Source of the DNA: an uncultured Acidimicrobiaceae bacterium
Lineage (GTDB): Bacteria > Actinomycetota > Acidimicrobiia > Acidimicrobiales > RAAP-2
Assembly (NCBI GenBank): GCA_963745175.1
Contig: CAVUWK010000006.1
Span: 143,513-207,512, forward strand
DNA length: 64,000 nucleotides
Direction: 5' to 3'
Shown here: piece by piece, positions 29,276 to 39,282 of the stretch
How the letters are laid out: each line of letters opens with the position of its first letter
Position numbering within the stretch: position 1 is the first letter of the stretch
Position numbers and translations under genes: made by a program
Notes under the pieces: model-generated
Seen by the model: the letters and a program-made list of their open reading frames with translations, nothing else
Database searches by the model: none
Told to the model about the DNA's origin: nothing

Positions 29276-31476
29276 TCAACCCGTCTGCGGGTGGGTCGGG
29301 GTCGTCCCGTCGGGCGCCAGGATGTCGAAGCCGTCGGGGATGCTGAGGAGCCCCGGTGCCGTGCCGGCGGTGTCCGTGAGGCCGTACTGCCACACGATGC
29401 TGTTGTCCGCGGGTCGATCACCACGACGCGGTTGCGGTAGTCGTCGTTCGCCATGATCAATCCGTTCGGCAGCCGCTCTGCCAGAGACGGCTTCTTCAAC
29501 ATGCCGTCCCCGGCGGTGACGTCATAGGTCCACACCACCGCGCCGGACCGGTGAATGGTCAGGATGCGGCCCTCCGCGGGCGGGTCGTAGTCGGCGAGGA
29601 GATAGAGGTTCGGACCGATCTGTTGGGGATCGGAGGGGTAGTTCACGGTTGGCAGGTGCACGGTCCACACCAACGCGCCCGCCGGGGTGTACTCGGTGAT
29701 CCACGAGCCGTTGATCTCCGAGACCAGTACGTCGCCGTTGGCGAGCGGGGTGTCGCCGTTGGGGTACCCGACGCCGGTTGGCGGGTTGTGCACCGCGTCG
29801 TTGTTCGTGCCGATCTGACCGAGCTGGGCGCCGGCGGGGGAGATGAACAGGATCCGGTCGTTCATGGCGTCGGCCACCGTGACGTTGCCGTTCTTGAGGA
29901 GGTAGGCGTCGTCGGGTTGGTTCAGGTAGCCGGGGGCGCTGCCGGGCCGACCGGGATGGCCGTACTGCCAGAGGATCTTCCCCGAGGGGTAGCCGATCTC
30001 GACAATGGTGTGGTTCTCCTCCTGGTTGGAGATGATCCCGGCCCCCTTGTGGAAGAAGAAGGCGTCGTCCGGAAAGTAGAACCCGCCTGGTGGGGGCGGC
30101 ATCGTGGCGGACGGGTACTGCCACTGCAGGTTCCGCGCCGGGTCGATGACCAGGAGCCGGTCGTTGCCGCGGTCCGCGATCAAGAGGTGGCCCCTGAAGG
30201 GAGCGCCCGCGCCCGCAACGCCGACCGGCCCACCGTACGAGCTCGGTCGCAGCGAGATCACGCTCTGCAGGGGTCCGGAGGCGACGCCCGCCTGGTCGTT
30301 CCCCGACTGGTGGGCGACCTCGCCGCCCACGATGTACCCCACCGAAGAGGACCCTGTCCCGAGCGTGGCATACCCCCCGAAGGCCACGCCCTGGGGGAGG
30401 AGGCCGGCGTCGGCGACCCGATGGCTTCGCCCGTCGAACTCGTAGATCTGCGTCAGTGTCTGCCCGTCACCGGTCTGCCCACCCGCAACGTAGATGTGCC
30501 CGGCGAGCACGAAGGCCGCCGCGCCGTAGAGCGGCTGGGGCAGCGTGCCGACGACACGGACCGAGTGCGTGGAGGGGTCGATCTGCTGGATGTCCGCGGT
30601 GGCGGTTACCGCGCTCCCTGCACCGCTTCCGCTCTGCCCGCCGAAGGCGAAGATGGTGTGGCCGAGAGCGACCACCGCGGGGTAGCGCACCGGGACCTTG
30701 AGGGTGGCGGCCGTACTGAAGTGCGATCCGTCACCGGTGGCCAGCACCGAGGGCTCGTACGTGGTGCCGTCGTAGCCGCCCACGAGGTAGACGGTCCGTC
30801 CGACTGTGGCCGACGCCAGATCGGAGCGGGGCTGGGGGAGCTGGCCGGCGACGCCGCCCTTGCCCGTGGCGGATTGGAGCGACTGCACGGCGGCAAACGT
30901 GGTGGGCGAGCCGCCGCCGAAGACGAACGACGCCGACCCGAGCTGCGCACCCGCGCCGTCGTGGACGACCTCGGGGAGGGAACCGGAGGCGGTCACCGTG
31001 CCGGTCCGGGGGTCCAGCCAGGACGCGGCCCCGAGTGAGCTCCCCGAGGGGGACAGCCCGCCCAGTATTCGCAGCCGTCCGCCGACCGCGACGAGAGCCT
31101 CACGCGAGATCGGCGCGCCCAGCTGCCACGGCTCGATGCCGGCCTCGAGCGAAGGCGGACCGGCGGTGCCTTCGCGGGCGCGCCCCGCAGTCAGGCCGGT
31201 GCCTGATGCCACAGCTGTGGTGGTGGCGACACGGCGAGCGGGAGGGGCATGGCCGCCCGACGTGACGATCACGAGCAGGGCGACGAGGAGGGCCAGGGCA
31301 CTTCCCAGCACTGCGGCGCGGCGACGGCGGATCTGGTTCCGCCGCTGGCGCCGCCCGGCGCGCCCGGAGCTGGTCACTGCGGCGGGGCCGCGGGGGTGCC
31401 CGGGTCCACAGCGCCCCGCCCTCCGTGGGGCCCGACGTGAACCGACCGGCACACGGCTCCGTGACCCTAACGTCAT
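29276..31476 (-). CDS. membrane-anchored protein with a Kelch-like beta-propeller plus a second arylsulfotransferase/PQQ-like beta-propeller; C-terminal frameshift
   Basis: Arg-rich N-terminus plus TM helix AAVLGSALALLVALLVIV. Kelch-like blades: VYLVGGYDG, IFAFGGQSG, IYVAGGQTG. Second propeller: NDRLLVIDPARNLQWQY, KILWQYGHPG, NDRILFISP, ALVWTV, AVVWTY, NRVVVIDPR. The family-like end DNSIVWQYGLTDTAGTAPGLLSIPDGFDILAPDGTTPTHPQTG-stop (29276) is out of frame, from a 1-nt deletion near 29408-29411. Confidence 0.7.
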
Positions 31477-31497
31477 TCGGAGGCGGCCGAGGGTCAG

Positions 31498-32865
31498 CTA
31501 CGCCCGTTCCACCGCCAGGACCTGCCACTCGTCGGGCAGGCCCTTGAGGTTGTGCCAGCCGCGGTCGTCGAAGACGATGCCCGAGCCGACCACGAGGTCA
31601 CGCACGGTGCCGGTGACGAGCACCTCGCCGGGTCCCGCCAGGGCGCTCACCCGCGAGGCGATGTGGACGGCGAGCCCGCCGATGTCGTCACCGCGCAGTT
31701 CCACTTCGCCGGCGTGCAGGCCGGCCCGCAGCTGCAGGCCGAAGCTGCGGGCGGTCGCCACCATCGCCTCCGCGCAGCGCACCGCCTGCGCCGGCGCACC
31801 GAAGCGGGCCAGTATCCCGTCGCCCGTCATCTTGACGAGGATGCCGTCGTGGCGGGCCAGGAGCCGTTCGACGTTGACGTCGAACTCGTCGAGGACGGCG
31901 CGCCACTGGCGGTCGCCTGCTTCGGCGGCGCGCACGGTCGAGTCCACGATGTCGGTGAAGAGCACCGCGGCGAGCAGGCGTGTCGCGGCGTGCTGCCCTC
32001 GCGTTCCCGTGACGAACTCCTCGATCTCGTCGACGATGGAGTCGAACTCACCCGACCACGCCAGGAGGTCGGGCCCCGTGTGGGTGACCAGTCGTGCGCC
32101 GGCGATGTGCTCCGAGAGGTAACGGCCGTGCTCGCTCAGGTTGGCGAAGCTGTCGAGGCGGGCGAAGATGAGCGTCGGGCAGGTGATGGAGGGAAGGCAC
32201 CAGCGCACGTCGGTGGCGAAGGTGAGGAGGTTGAAGGCGAGGGCGGTTGCCGGGCTGGCGCCGCGCCGGGCCGCCCGTCCCCACCACTCCTGGAAGCCGA
32301 CCCGATGGGCCAGGCTCGGGGCGAAGATGACGATGTCTTGTGGCACGTCGTCCTCGCTCAGCGGGACCTCGATGCTCCGCGCGGCCGTCAGCTCCGCCTC
32401 GGCCACGCCGAAGCCGTAGTCCTCGGCTCGGCCCACTCTGGCCGTGCCGTTGACGAGGATCAGCGAGATGACGCGCTCGGGGTGCGTCGCCGCCAGCCAG
32501 ATGGCGGCCATCGAGCCGCTGGCCGAGGCCAGGACGACGGCACGGTCGCACCCGGCCGCGTCCATGACGGCGAGCCCGTCGCGTCCCCAGCCCTCGATGG
32601 AGGGATCCGTTCCCGTCGGCAGGGGATCGGACAGCCCGAGGCCCCCGGCGTCGAAGCGGAGCAGCCGCGAGAAGCTCGCCAGCCGCTCGGTGTAGCGGAG
32701 CCAGTTGGGCTCGTCGACGGTCTCGTCGATGGAGATCATGAGCCCGCTGTTGAACTCGAGCACGTCGACGGTGTCGTCCCCAGCGCTCGCCGGGTCGGAC
32801 CCCCAGACCTGGTAGCCGACGTGGATGCCGTCCCGGAGGGCGTACTGGGTCAGGGGCGACTCCAT
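31498..32865 (-). CDS. class III adenylate/guanylate cyclase with an N-terminal alpha/beta-hydrolase-like domain (LipJ/Rv1900c-like architecture)
   Basis: MESPLTQYALRDGIHVGYQVWG... is hydrolase-like. Cyclase motifs follow: AAVLFTDIVDSTVRA and LVKMTGDGILARFG. The stop lies 21 nt from the propeller gene's start. Confidence 0.85.
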   Translation of the reverse strand: MESPLTQYALRDGIHVGYQVWGSDPASAGDDTVDVLEFNSGLMISIDETVDEPNWLRYTERLASFSRLLRFDAGGLGLSDPLPTGTDPSIEGWGRDGLAVMDAAGCDRAVVLASASGSMAAIWLAATHPERVISLILVNGTARVGRAEDYGFGVAEAELTAARSIEVPLSEDDVPQDIVIFAPSLAHRVGFQEWWGRAARRGASPATALAFNLLTFATDVRWCLPSITCPTLIFARLDSFANLSEHGRYLSEHIAGARLVTHTGPDLLAWSGEFDSIVDEIEEFVTGTRGQHAATRLLAAVLFTDIVDSTVRAAEAGDRQWRAVLDEFDVNVERLLARHDGILVKMTGDGILARFGAPAQAVRCAEAMVATARSFGLQLRAGLHAGEVELRGDDIGGLAVHIASRVSALAGPGEVLVTGTVRDLVVGSGIVFDDRGWHNLKGLPDEWQVLAVERA

Positions 32866-32938
32866 ACGAGGTGCAGTCTGCCGTGCGGGGCGGCCCGACG
32901 ACGCGGGAGCGGGCGGAACGGGCGCAGTCGTGCCGGGT

Positions 32939-34672
32939 TCAGCGGGCGCCGCGCACCAGGCGGCCCGGCAGCGCACCGGTGGGCTCGCCGTGCTCGAACG
33001 TCACCGTTCCCCCCTTGATCGTGGCCACGTATCCCGACGCCTTCTGCAGCAACCGGCGACCGCCGGCCGGGAGGTCTGCGGTCACGTACGGCGCGCCCAG
33101 CGAGAGCGCGTCGTAGTCGATGAGGTTGAAGTCGGCCAGCGCGCCGGGCTCGACCGTGCCGCGGTCCGCCATGCCGTACAGACGTGCCGTGTCATGCGTC
33201 TGCTTCTTGATCACGTACTCGAGCGGGAGCGTCTCGCCCCGGCTGCGGTCGCGGGTCCAGTGCGTGAGCATGAAGGTCGGCATGGAGGCGTCGCAGATGG
33301 TCCCGGTGTGGGCGCCCCCGTCGGCCAGCCCGCTCAGGCCCTGCGGGTGCAGCAGCATCTCGCGCACGTGGTCGAGGTCGCCCGTGGCGTAGTTCAGGAT
33401 CGGGAGGTACAGCAGGCCCTGCCCTCCGTCGCGCGCCATCTCGTCGTAGGCGACCTCCAGCGGGGAGCGGCCGGATGCCGCGGCCAGCCCGGCCAGTGAG
33501 CGCTCGGGTCCGGGTTCGTAGTCCGGCGGGTTCCCGAGGACGAACGTGCGCTCGTACGCCTTCTTCATCGCCTCGGCCTGGGCCGGGGAGGACGGCGTCC
33601 ACGACACGATCGACCGCCGCACCTCGGGGTCGGCCAGCGCGGTCCCGAGCTCCGCGTTCGACGCGCAGCGCGCACGCAACGCCGCGTACGCCGGGAATTC
33701 GGAGAACAGGCACAGGGTCGTGTGGTGGCCGGTCAGAATGCCCGTGGGCCGGCCCGCAATCTGGGGGAAGAGCTGCGCGCCCTCGGCGCACGCGTCGAGG
33801 GACACCTCGAGCTGCTTGCGCCACAGCTCGGGATCGCCGTCGGCCTGGAGCAGTGCGTACGACACCGGCCGATCGATGGCCGTCGAGAGCCGGCGCATCC
33901 AGTCGACCTCGTGCATGACGTCCTCGAGCATCTCGCCCGCCGCGCCCAGCGGGGCCAGCTCGAAGACGCCGGCGCCGGCCTCGCCCAGGGCGGACCCGAT
34001 GCCGAACAGCTCGTCCTCGGCCGCGAACGTGCCCGGCACCAGTTCGCCGTCGATGGCGCGGTGGCCCAGGGTGCGCGAGGTGGAGAACCCGAGCGCTCCG
34101 GCCCGCAGCGCCCCGAGCACGATCACGCGCATCGCCTCGATGTCCGCGGCGTCGGCTGCCTCGTTGCGGGCGCCGCGCTCACCCATGACATAGGCCCGCA
34201 CGGCCGCATGCGGCACCTGTGTGCCGACGTCGACCGTCCAGCACCGCTGCTCGAGCGCGTCCAGGTACTCGGGGAAGGTTTCCCACTCCCACTCGATCCC
34301 CTCGGCCAACGCCGTGCCGGGGATGTCCTCGACCCCTTCCATGAGGCCGATGAGCCAGTCGTGGCGGTCGGGCCGCGCCGGCGCGAACCCGACGCCGCAG
34401 TTGCCCATCACGAGCGTCGTGACGCCGTGCCACGAGGACGGGGCGAGCTCCGAGTCCCAGGTGACCTGGCCGTCGTAGTGGGTGTGCACGTCGACCCAAC
34501 CAGGCGTCACCAGCAGGCCGTCGGCCTCGATGGTCCGGGTGGCGCCGCCCTGGACGGTGCCCACCTCGGTGATGCGGCCGGAATCGACTGCGACATCGGC
34601 AGCACGTGCCGCCGCGCCCGTGCCGTCGACGAGCGTCCCCCCCGTGATGATCAGGTCGTGCACGCCCCGCAT
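32939..34672 (-). CDS. N-acyl-D-amino-acid deacylase family amidohydrolase, paralog 3
   Basis: 577 aa: MRGVHDLIITGGTLVDGTG...LLVTPGWVDVHTHYDGQVTWD...VMGNCGVGFAPA. It closely resembles paralog 1. Confidence 0.9.
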   Translation of the reverse strand: MRGVHDLIITGGTLVDGTGAAARAADVAVDSGRITEVGTVQGGATRTIEADGLLVTPGWVDVHTHYDGQVTWDSELAPSSWHGVTTLVMGNCGVGFAPARPDRHDWLIGLMEGVEDIPGTALAEGIEWEWETFPEYLDALEQRCWTVDVGTQVPHAAVRAYVMGERGARNEAADAADIEAMRVIVLGALRAGALGFSTSRTLGHRAIDGELVPGTFAAEDELFGIGSALGEAGAGVFELAPLGAAGEMLEDVMHEVDWMRRLSTAIDRPVSYALLQADGDPELWRKQLEVSLDACAEGAQLFPQIAGRPTGILTGHHTTLCLFSEFPAYAALRARCASNAELGTALADPEVRRSIVSWTPSSPAQAEAMKKAYERTFVLGNPPDYEPGPERSLAGLAAASGRSPLEVAYDEMARDGGQGLLYLPILNYATGDLDHVREMLLHPQGLSGLADGGAHTGTICDASMPTFMLTHWTRDRSRGETLPLEYVIKKQTHDTARLYGMADRGTVEPGALADFNLIDYDALSLGAPYVTADLPAGGRRLLQKASGYVATIKGGTVTFEHGEPTGALPGRLVRGAR

Positions 34673-34734
34673 CGTCTCACGCCAGCCGGCGCCACGCGCG
34701 CCGGTTCTGGTGCACCCTGCTCAAACCGGTGGGG

Positions 34735-34890
34735 TCAGACCTTGGCTTTGCCCAAGATCCGGTTCATCTTCGTTCCGCAGACCGGGCAGGTGCCCTGTGC
34801 GGCGCGGCGGCCGTTGGCCAGTTCCACTTCCTGGCCGTCGAACTCCCGCTTCTCCCGGCACTTCACGCAGTACCCCTCGTAGTTCGCCAT
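34735..34890 (-). CDS. DUF5679-like small zinc-ribbon protein (51 aa)
   Basis: MANYEGYCVKCREKREFDGQEVELANGRRAAQGTCPVCGTKMNRILGKAKV has two CxxC pairs. AAGGAG lies 6 nt upstream of the ATG. Confidence 0.7.
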   Translation of the reverse strand: MANYEGYCVKCREKREFDGQEVELANGRRAAQGTCPVCGTKMNRILGKAKV

Positions 34891-35006
34891 GGCAACTCCT
34901 TCGGTCGGTGATGGCCTTGGACGGGAGACGAACGTAGCGGGGGGGTTCCGGGGAATGGGGGATGGTCGGGCGGCCGCAGGCACGATCCGGGGGTAGGGTC
35001 GGTCCG

Positions 35007-35861
35007 GTGGGCGACAACAGTGCAGGTCAGGACGGTGACTGGTTCCAACAGGGCCGGAAGGCACGAAATGCGCTGGCGGAGACCTGGGAGGCGTTGTCGG
35101 AGGTCTGCTTCGACCTCTCGGATACCGAGTGGGCCCTCCCCACCGAGTGCCCCGGCTGGGACGTCAAGGACCAGCTCTCCCACCTCATCGGGATCGAACG
35201 GACGATCATGGGAGAGCCGGTTCCCGAGTGGTCCGGCCCCCTGGGTGAGCACGTGAAGAACGATTTCGCGGCCACCAACGAGCGCTTCGTCGCCGTGCGG
35301 CGGGCGCAGCCCGGGTCGGCCGTGCGGGCCGAGTTCCTCGACGTGACCACGACCCGCTTGGCCCAGATGGACGCACTGTCCGCCGCGGAGTGGGCTGCGG
35401 TCGGATGGAGCCCGGTGGGCGAGGTCCCGCACGCCGAGTTCATGGTGGTGCGCGTCTACGACTGCTGGGTCCATGAGCAGGACGTCCGCTTCGCGCTCGA
35501 CCGTCCGGGCGGGAGCGGGAACGCGGCCTCGGCGATCTCGCTGGACCGCGTGCAGGGTGCCATGCCCTTCGTCGTCGGCAAGAAGGCTGGCTGCCCGGAC
35601 GGTACCGCGGTCCGCTTCGACGTGGCGGGCCCGGGCCGGGACGCTCGTGTCTTCACCATCGCCGTCGAGGGCGGGCGCGCCCGACCGGTGGGTGACGAGG
35701 TGGCGCCGACGGTGACGCTGGCGCTCTCGAGCATCGATTTCGTGCGCCTCGGCTGCGGCCGGGCCACGGCGGCACAGGTGGAAGCGGCCGGCGGCGTCGG
35801 GGTGCAGGGCGACCCCCGGCTGGGGCAGTCCGTCCTCGGCGCGATGAACTTCATGTCCTGA
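35007..35861 (+). CDS. maleylpyruvate isomerase-family mycothiol-dependent enzyme (DinB-like, TIGR03083-type)
   Basis: ...LSDTEWALPTECPGWDVKDQLSHLIGIE...VYDCWVHEQDVR. The start is GTG 35007 or ATG 34962. Confidence 0.7.
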   Translation: MGDNSAGQDGDWFQQGRKARNALAETWEALSEVCFDLSDTEWALPTECPGWDVKDQLSHLIGIERTIMGEPVPEWSGPLGEHVKNDFAATNERFVAVRRAQPGSAVRAEFLDVTTTRLAQMDALSAAEWAAVGWSPVGEVPHAEFMVVRVYDCWVHEQDVRFALDRPGGSGNAASAISLDRVQGAMPFVVGKKAGCPDGTAVRFDVAGPGRDARVFTIAVEGGRARPVGDEVAPTVTLALSSIDFVRLGCGRATAAQVEAAGGVGVQGDPRLGQSVLGAMNFMS

Positions 35862-35925
35862 CCCGGTTGCGTGGTCTCACCTGCACGGTCTCGGCGGCCG
35901 TGCGCCCAGGTCGTGGGGCGGCCGG

Positions 35926-35931
35926 TAGAGT
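35926..35931 (+). promoter_or_regulatory. candidate -10 hexamer just upstream of the tig start
   Basis: TAGAGT ends 9 nt before GTG 35941. No Shine-Dalgarno was seen. Confidence 0.2.
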
Positions 35932-35940
35932 GATCGACTC

Positions 35941-37302
35941 GTGATGCGTGCCACGGCCGAGCCAATGGAGGGAAACCTCGTCCGCCTGAGTGTGGAGATC
36001 GATGAGCCCGAGTTCGATCGGGCGCTCGGCGACGTGGTGCGCTCCCTGGCCCAACAGGTGCGTGTCCCGGGCTTCCGGCCCGGCAAGGTCCCACGCAAGG
36101 TGCTCGAGGCCCGCATGGGCGGGGCCGGCGCGCTGCGCGCGGAAGCGCTGCGCGAGGCGTTGCCCGACTTCTACGCGCGGGCCGTTGTCGACACCGAGCT
36201 CGACCCGATCGCCCAACCAGAGATCGACATCACCGGCGGTGAGGACGAAGGCGCCGTTTCCTTCGACGCCGTCGTGCAGGTGCGGCCGATCGTCGCCATT
36301 CCCGGCTACGAGGGCCTGCACGTGACGCTCCCGGGTCTGACCGTGACCGAGGACGAGGTCCAGAGTCAGATCGACCGGCTGCGCGAGAACGATGCCGAAC
36401 TGGAAGTCGTCAACCGCCCCGCCATCGACGGCGATCTGGTGACGATCGACCTGCACGCCAACGACGCCTCGGGCGCCGAGGTGGTCGGTGTCGACGACTA
36501 CCTGTACGAAGTCGGCTCAGCCTCGGTGGTTCCCGAGCTCGACGGAGAGCTGCACGGCGCCAAAGCCGGCGCCATCCTCGCCTTCGACACACCGAGCCCC
36601 GACGACCCCGAAGAGAACGTTGCTTTCCGGGTGCTCGTCAAGGAGGTCAAGGTCAAGAAGCTGCCGGAGGCGACCGACGAATGGGCGGCTGAGAGCTCCG
36701 AGTTCGCCACCGTGGCCGAGCTGCGTTCGGACATCGAGACGCGGATCGGTCGCGTCAAGCTCATGCAGAGCCAGGTGGCGCTGCGCCAGAAGACCATCGA
36801 GGCACTGGCCGAGCTCGTCGCCGACGATGTGGTGCCCGAGGTCCTGGTCGATGCTGAGGTCAACGAGCGCCTCCACGACCTCCAGCACCGGCTGGAGGCC
36901 CAGAAGCTGGACTTGGCCGAGTACTTCCAGGCCACCGGCACGACGCCCGACGAGCTGCTGGCGGCCGTCCGCGTCGACGCCCAGGCGGCAGTCAAGGCTG
37001 ACCTGGGGCTGAGAGCCCTGGTGGAGGCCGAGGAGTTGACGCTCAGTGACGACGAGCTCCGTGCCGAGATAGTCACCATGGCGGAACGGATGGGTACCAC
37101 CCCGACGGAGCTGCGCCGCCAACTCGACACGGCCGGCCGGACCGGCGCGGTACGCTCGGAGTTGCGCAAAGGGAAAGCGCTGGAATGGTTGCTGGACCAC
37201 GTGGATCTCTTCGACGAAGAGGGCAAACCGATGTCTCGGGACGACCTCAGGGTGGATGCCTCGGGAGAGGGCGAAGTCGAGCAGAGCGAGGAGAGCGAGT
37301 GA
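35941..37302 (+). CDS. tig: trigger factor
   Basis: 453 aa: ...[45 protein letters not shown]. Position upstream of clpP-clpX. Confidence 0.93.
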   Translation: MMRATAEPMEGNLVRLSVEIDEPEFDRALGDVVRSLAQQVRVPGFRPGKVPRKVLEARMGGAGALRAEALREALPDFYARAVVDTELDPIAQPEIDITGGEDEGAVSFDAVVQVRPIVAIPGYEGLHVTLPGLTVTEDEVQSQIDRLRENDAELEVVNRPAIDGDLVTIDLHANDASGAEVVGVDDYLYEVGSASVVPELDGELHGAKAGAILAFDTPSPDDPEENVAFRVLVKEVKVKKLPEATDEWAAESSEFATVAELRSDIETRIGRVKLMQSQVALRQKTIEALAELVADDVVPEVLVDAEVNERLHDLQHRLEAQKLDLAEYFQATGTTPDELLAAVRVDAQAAVKADLGLRALVEAEELTLSDDELRAEIVTMAERMGTTPTELRRQLDTAGRTGAVRSELRKGKALEWLLDHVDLFDEEGKPMSRDDLRVDASGEGEVEQSEESE

Positions 37303-37304
37303 AG

Positions 37305-37952
37305 ATGCAGAGTGCGGGGGAGCCGATGAAGACCTACAACTACCTGGTTCCGACCGTCATCGAGTCGTCCAACCGCGGTGAGCGCGCCTATGACCTGTAC
37401 TCACGGTTGCTCCGTGAGCGGATCATCTTTCTCGGTACGCCCGTCGACGATGCGGTGGCCAACCTCGTCTGCGCCCAGATGCTCTTCTTGGAGTCCGAGG
37501 AGCCGGACAAGGACATCCACCTCTACATCAACTCGCCCGGCGGCGAGATCACGGCGTTGTTCGCCATCTACGACACGCTGAAGTTCATCAAGGCCGACGT
37601 GTCCACCTTCTGCTTCGGGCAGGCGGCCTCGGCGGCAGCCGTGCTGCTGGCGGCAGGCGCCAAGGGCAAGCGCTTCGCACTGCCCCACGCCCGCGTGCTG
37701 CTGCACCAACCGTGGGGCGGAGTCGAGGGCCAGGCCAGCGACATCGAGCTGCAGGCCAAAGAGATTCTCCGCATGCGTGACCTCCTCTCAGGGATGTTGG
37801 CCGAGGACACCGGGCAGACGCAGGAGAAGGTGGCGCAGGACACCGACCGCGACTTCATCATGACGGCGGAGGAAGCGGTGACCTACGGCGTGATCGACGA
37901 GGTCATCACGGCACGGACGGTGGCCCCGCTCGAGGCCATCGGCGCCGCGTAG
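37305..37952 (+). CDS. clpP: ATP-dependent Clp protease proteolytic subunit
   Basis: [16 protein letters not shown]...[10 protein letters not shown]...[11 protein letters not shown] (catalytic Ser context) ...LLHQPWGG. Confidence 0.95.
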   Translation: MQSAGEPMKTYNYLVPTVIESSNRGERAYDLYSRLLRERIIFLGTPVDDAVANLVCAQMLFLESEEPDKDIHLYINSPGGEITALFAIYDTLKFIKADVSTFCFGQAASAAAVLLAAGAKGKRFALPHARVLLHQPWGGVEGQASDIELQAKEILRMRDLLSGMLAEDTGQTQEKVAQDTDRDFIMTAEEAVTYGVIDEVITARTVAPLEAIGAA

Positions 37953-37984
37953 GCCGAGCAGGCACGGACGGGAGAGGCGATCTG

Positions 37985-39262
37985 GTGGCGAAGTTCGGAG
38001 AGGGCGGGGATCTCGTCAAGTGCAGTTTCTGCGGCAAGACGCAGAAGCAGGTCAAGAAGCTGATCGCCGGCCCGGGTGTCTACATCTGCGACGAGTGCAT
38101 CGACTTGTGCAACGACATCATCGCCGAGGAGCGCGACGAGTCCACCGAGCTGAGCTTCGAGGATCTGCCGAAGCCGCGTGAGATATTCGACTTCCTCAAC
38201 GACTACGTCGTTGGGCAGGAGTACGCCAAGAAGATCCTCTCCGTGGCCGTCTACAACCACTACAAGCGCGTGCAGGCCGGACCGCCGGCCGCCGAGGACG
38301 GCGTCGAGCTGGCCAAGTCGAACATCCTCCTCCTCGGGCCGACCGGGTGTGGCAAGACGCTCTTGGCCCAGACGCTGGCCCGCATGCTCAACGTGCCCTT
38401 CGCCATCGCGGACGCCACGGCACTCACCGAGGCCGGGTATGTGGGCGAGGACGTGGAGAACATCCTCCTGAAGCTGATCCAGGCCGCCGACTACGACGTC
38501 AAGCGGGCCGAGACCGGCATCATCTACATCGACGAGATCGACAAGATCGCCCGCAAGAGCGAGAACCCGTCCATCACCCGTGACGTCTCAGGTGAGGGCG
38601 TGCAGCAGGCCCTGCTGAAGATCCTCGAGGGCACCACGGCCTCGGTGCCGCCCCAGGGCGGCCGCAAGCACCCGCACCAGGAGTTCATCCAGATCGATAC
38701 GACGAACATCCTCTTCATCTGCGGTGGGGCCTTCGCCGGGTTGGACAAGCTGATCGAGTCGCGCATCGGCAAGCGCGGCATCGGCTTCCGGGCAGAGGTG
38801 CACCGCAAGGACCGCGACGACGGTGAGATCCTGCGTCACGTGCTCCCCGAGGACCTCATCAAGTTCGGGCTCATTCCCGAGTTCATCGGGCGCCTGCCCG
38901 TGGTGAGCGCCGTGTCGCCGCTGTTCAAAGATGCGCTGGTGCAGATCTTGGTCGAGCCGAAGAACGCGCTGACCCGGCAGTACGAGCGGGTGTTCGCGCT
39001 CGACAACGTGGAGCTCGAATTCACGCCCGATGCGCTCGAGGCCGTGGCCGAGCAGGCGCTGTTGCGGGGCACGGGCGCCCGCGGCCTGCGGGCCATCCTC
39101 GAAGAGGTCCTGCTCGACGTGATGTACGACCTGCCCAGCCGTACCGACGTCGGCAAGTGCGTGGTGGATCGCTCCGTGGTGCTCGACCGGGTGGCCCCGA
39201 CGCTGGTGCCGCTCGGAGGCGCGCCGGTCAAGTCGACCCGCTCGCGCCGCGCCGCCTCCTGA
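37985..39262 (+). CDS. clpX: ATP-dependent Clp protease ATP-binding subunit ClpX
   Basis: Zinc ribbon [26 protein letters not shown], Walker [19 protein letters not shown]. Confidence 0.97.
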   Translation: MAKFGEGGDLVKCSFCGKTQKQVKKLIAGPGVYICDECIDLCNDIIAEERDESTELSFEDLPKPREIFDFLNDYVVGQEYAKKILSVAVYNHYKRVQAGPPAAEDGVELAKSNILLLGPTGCGKTLLAQTLARMLNVPFAIADATALTEAGYVGEDVENILLKLIQAADYDVKRAETGIIYIDEIDKIARKSENPSITRDVSGEGVQQALLKILEGTTASVPPQGGRKHPHQEFIQIDTTNILFICGGAFAGLDKLIESRIGKRGIGFRAEVHRKDRDDGEILRHVLPEDLIKFGLIPEFIGRLPVVSAVSPLFKDALVQILVEPKNALTRQYERVFALDNVELEFTPDALEAVAEQALLRGTGARGLRAILEEVLLDVMYDLPSRTDVGKCVVDRSVVLDRVAPTLVPLGGAPVKSTRSRRAAS

Positions 39263-39282
39263 CAGAACCGGGAGCGGTCCGC

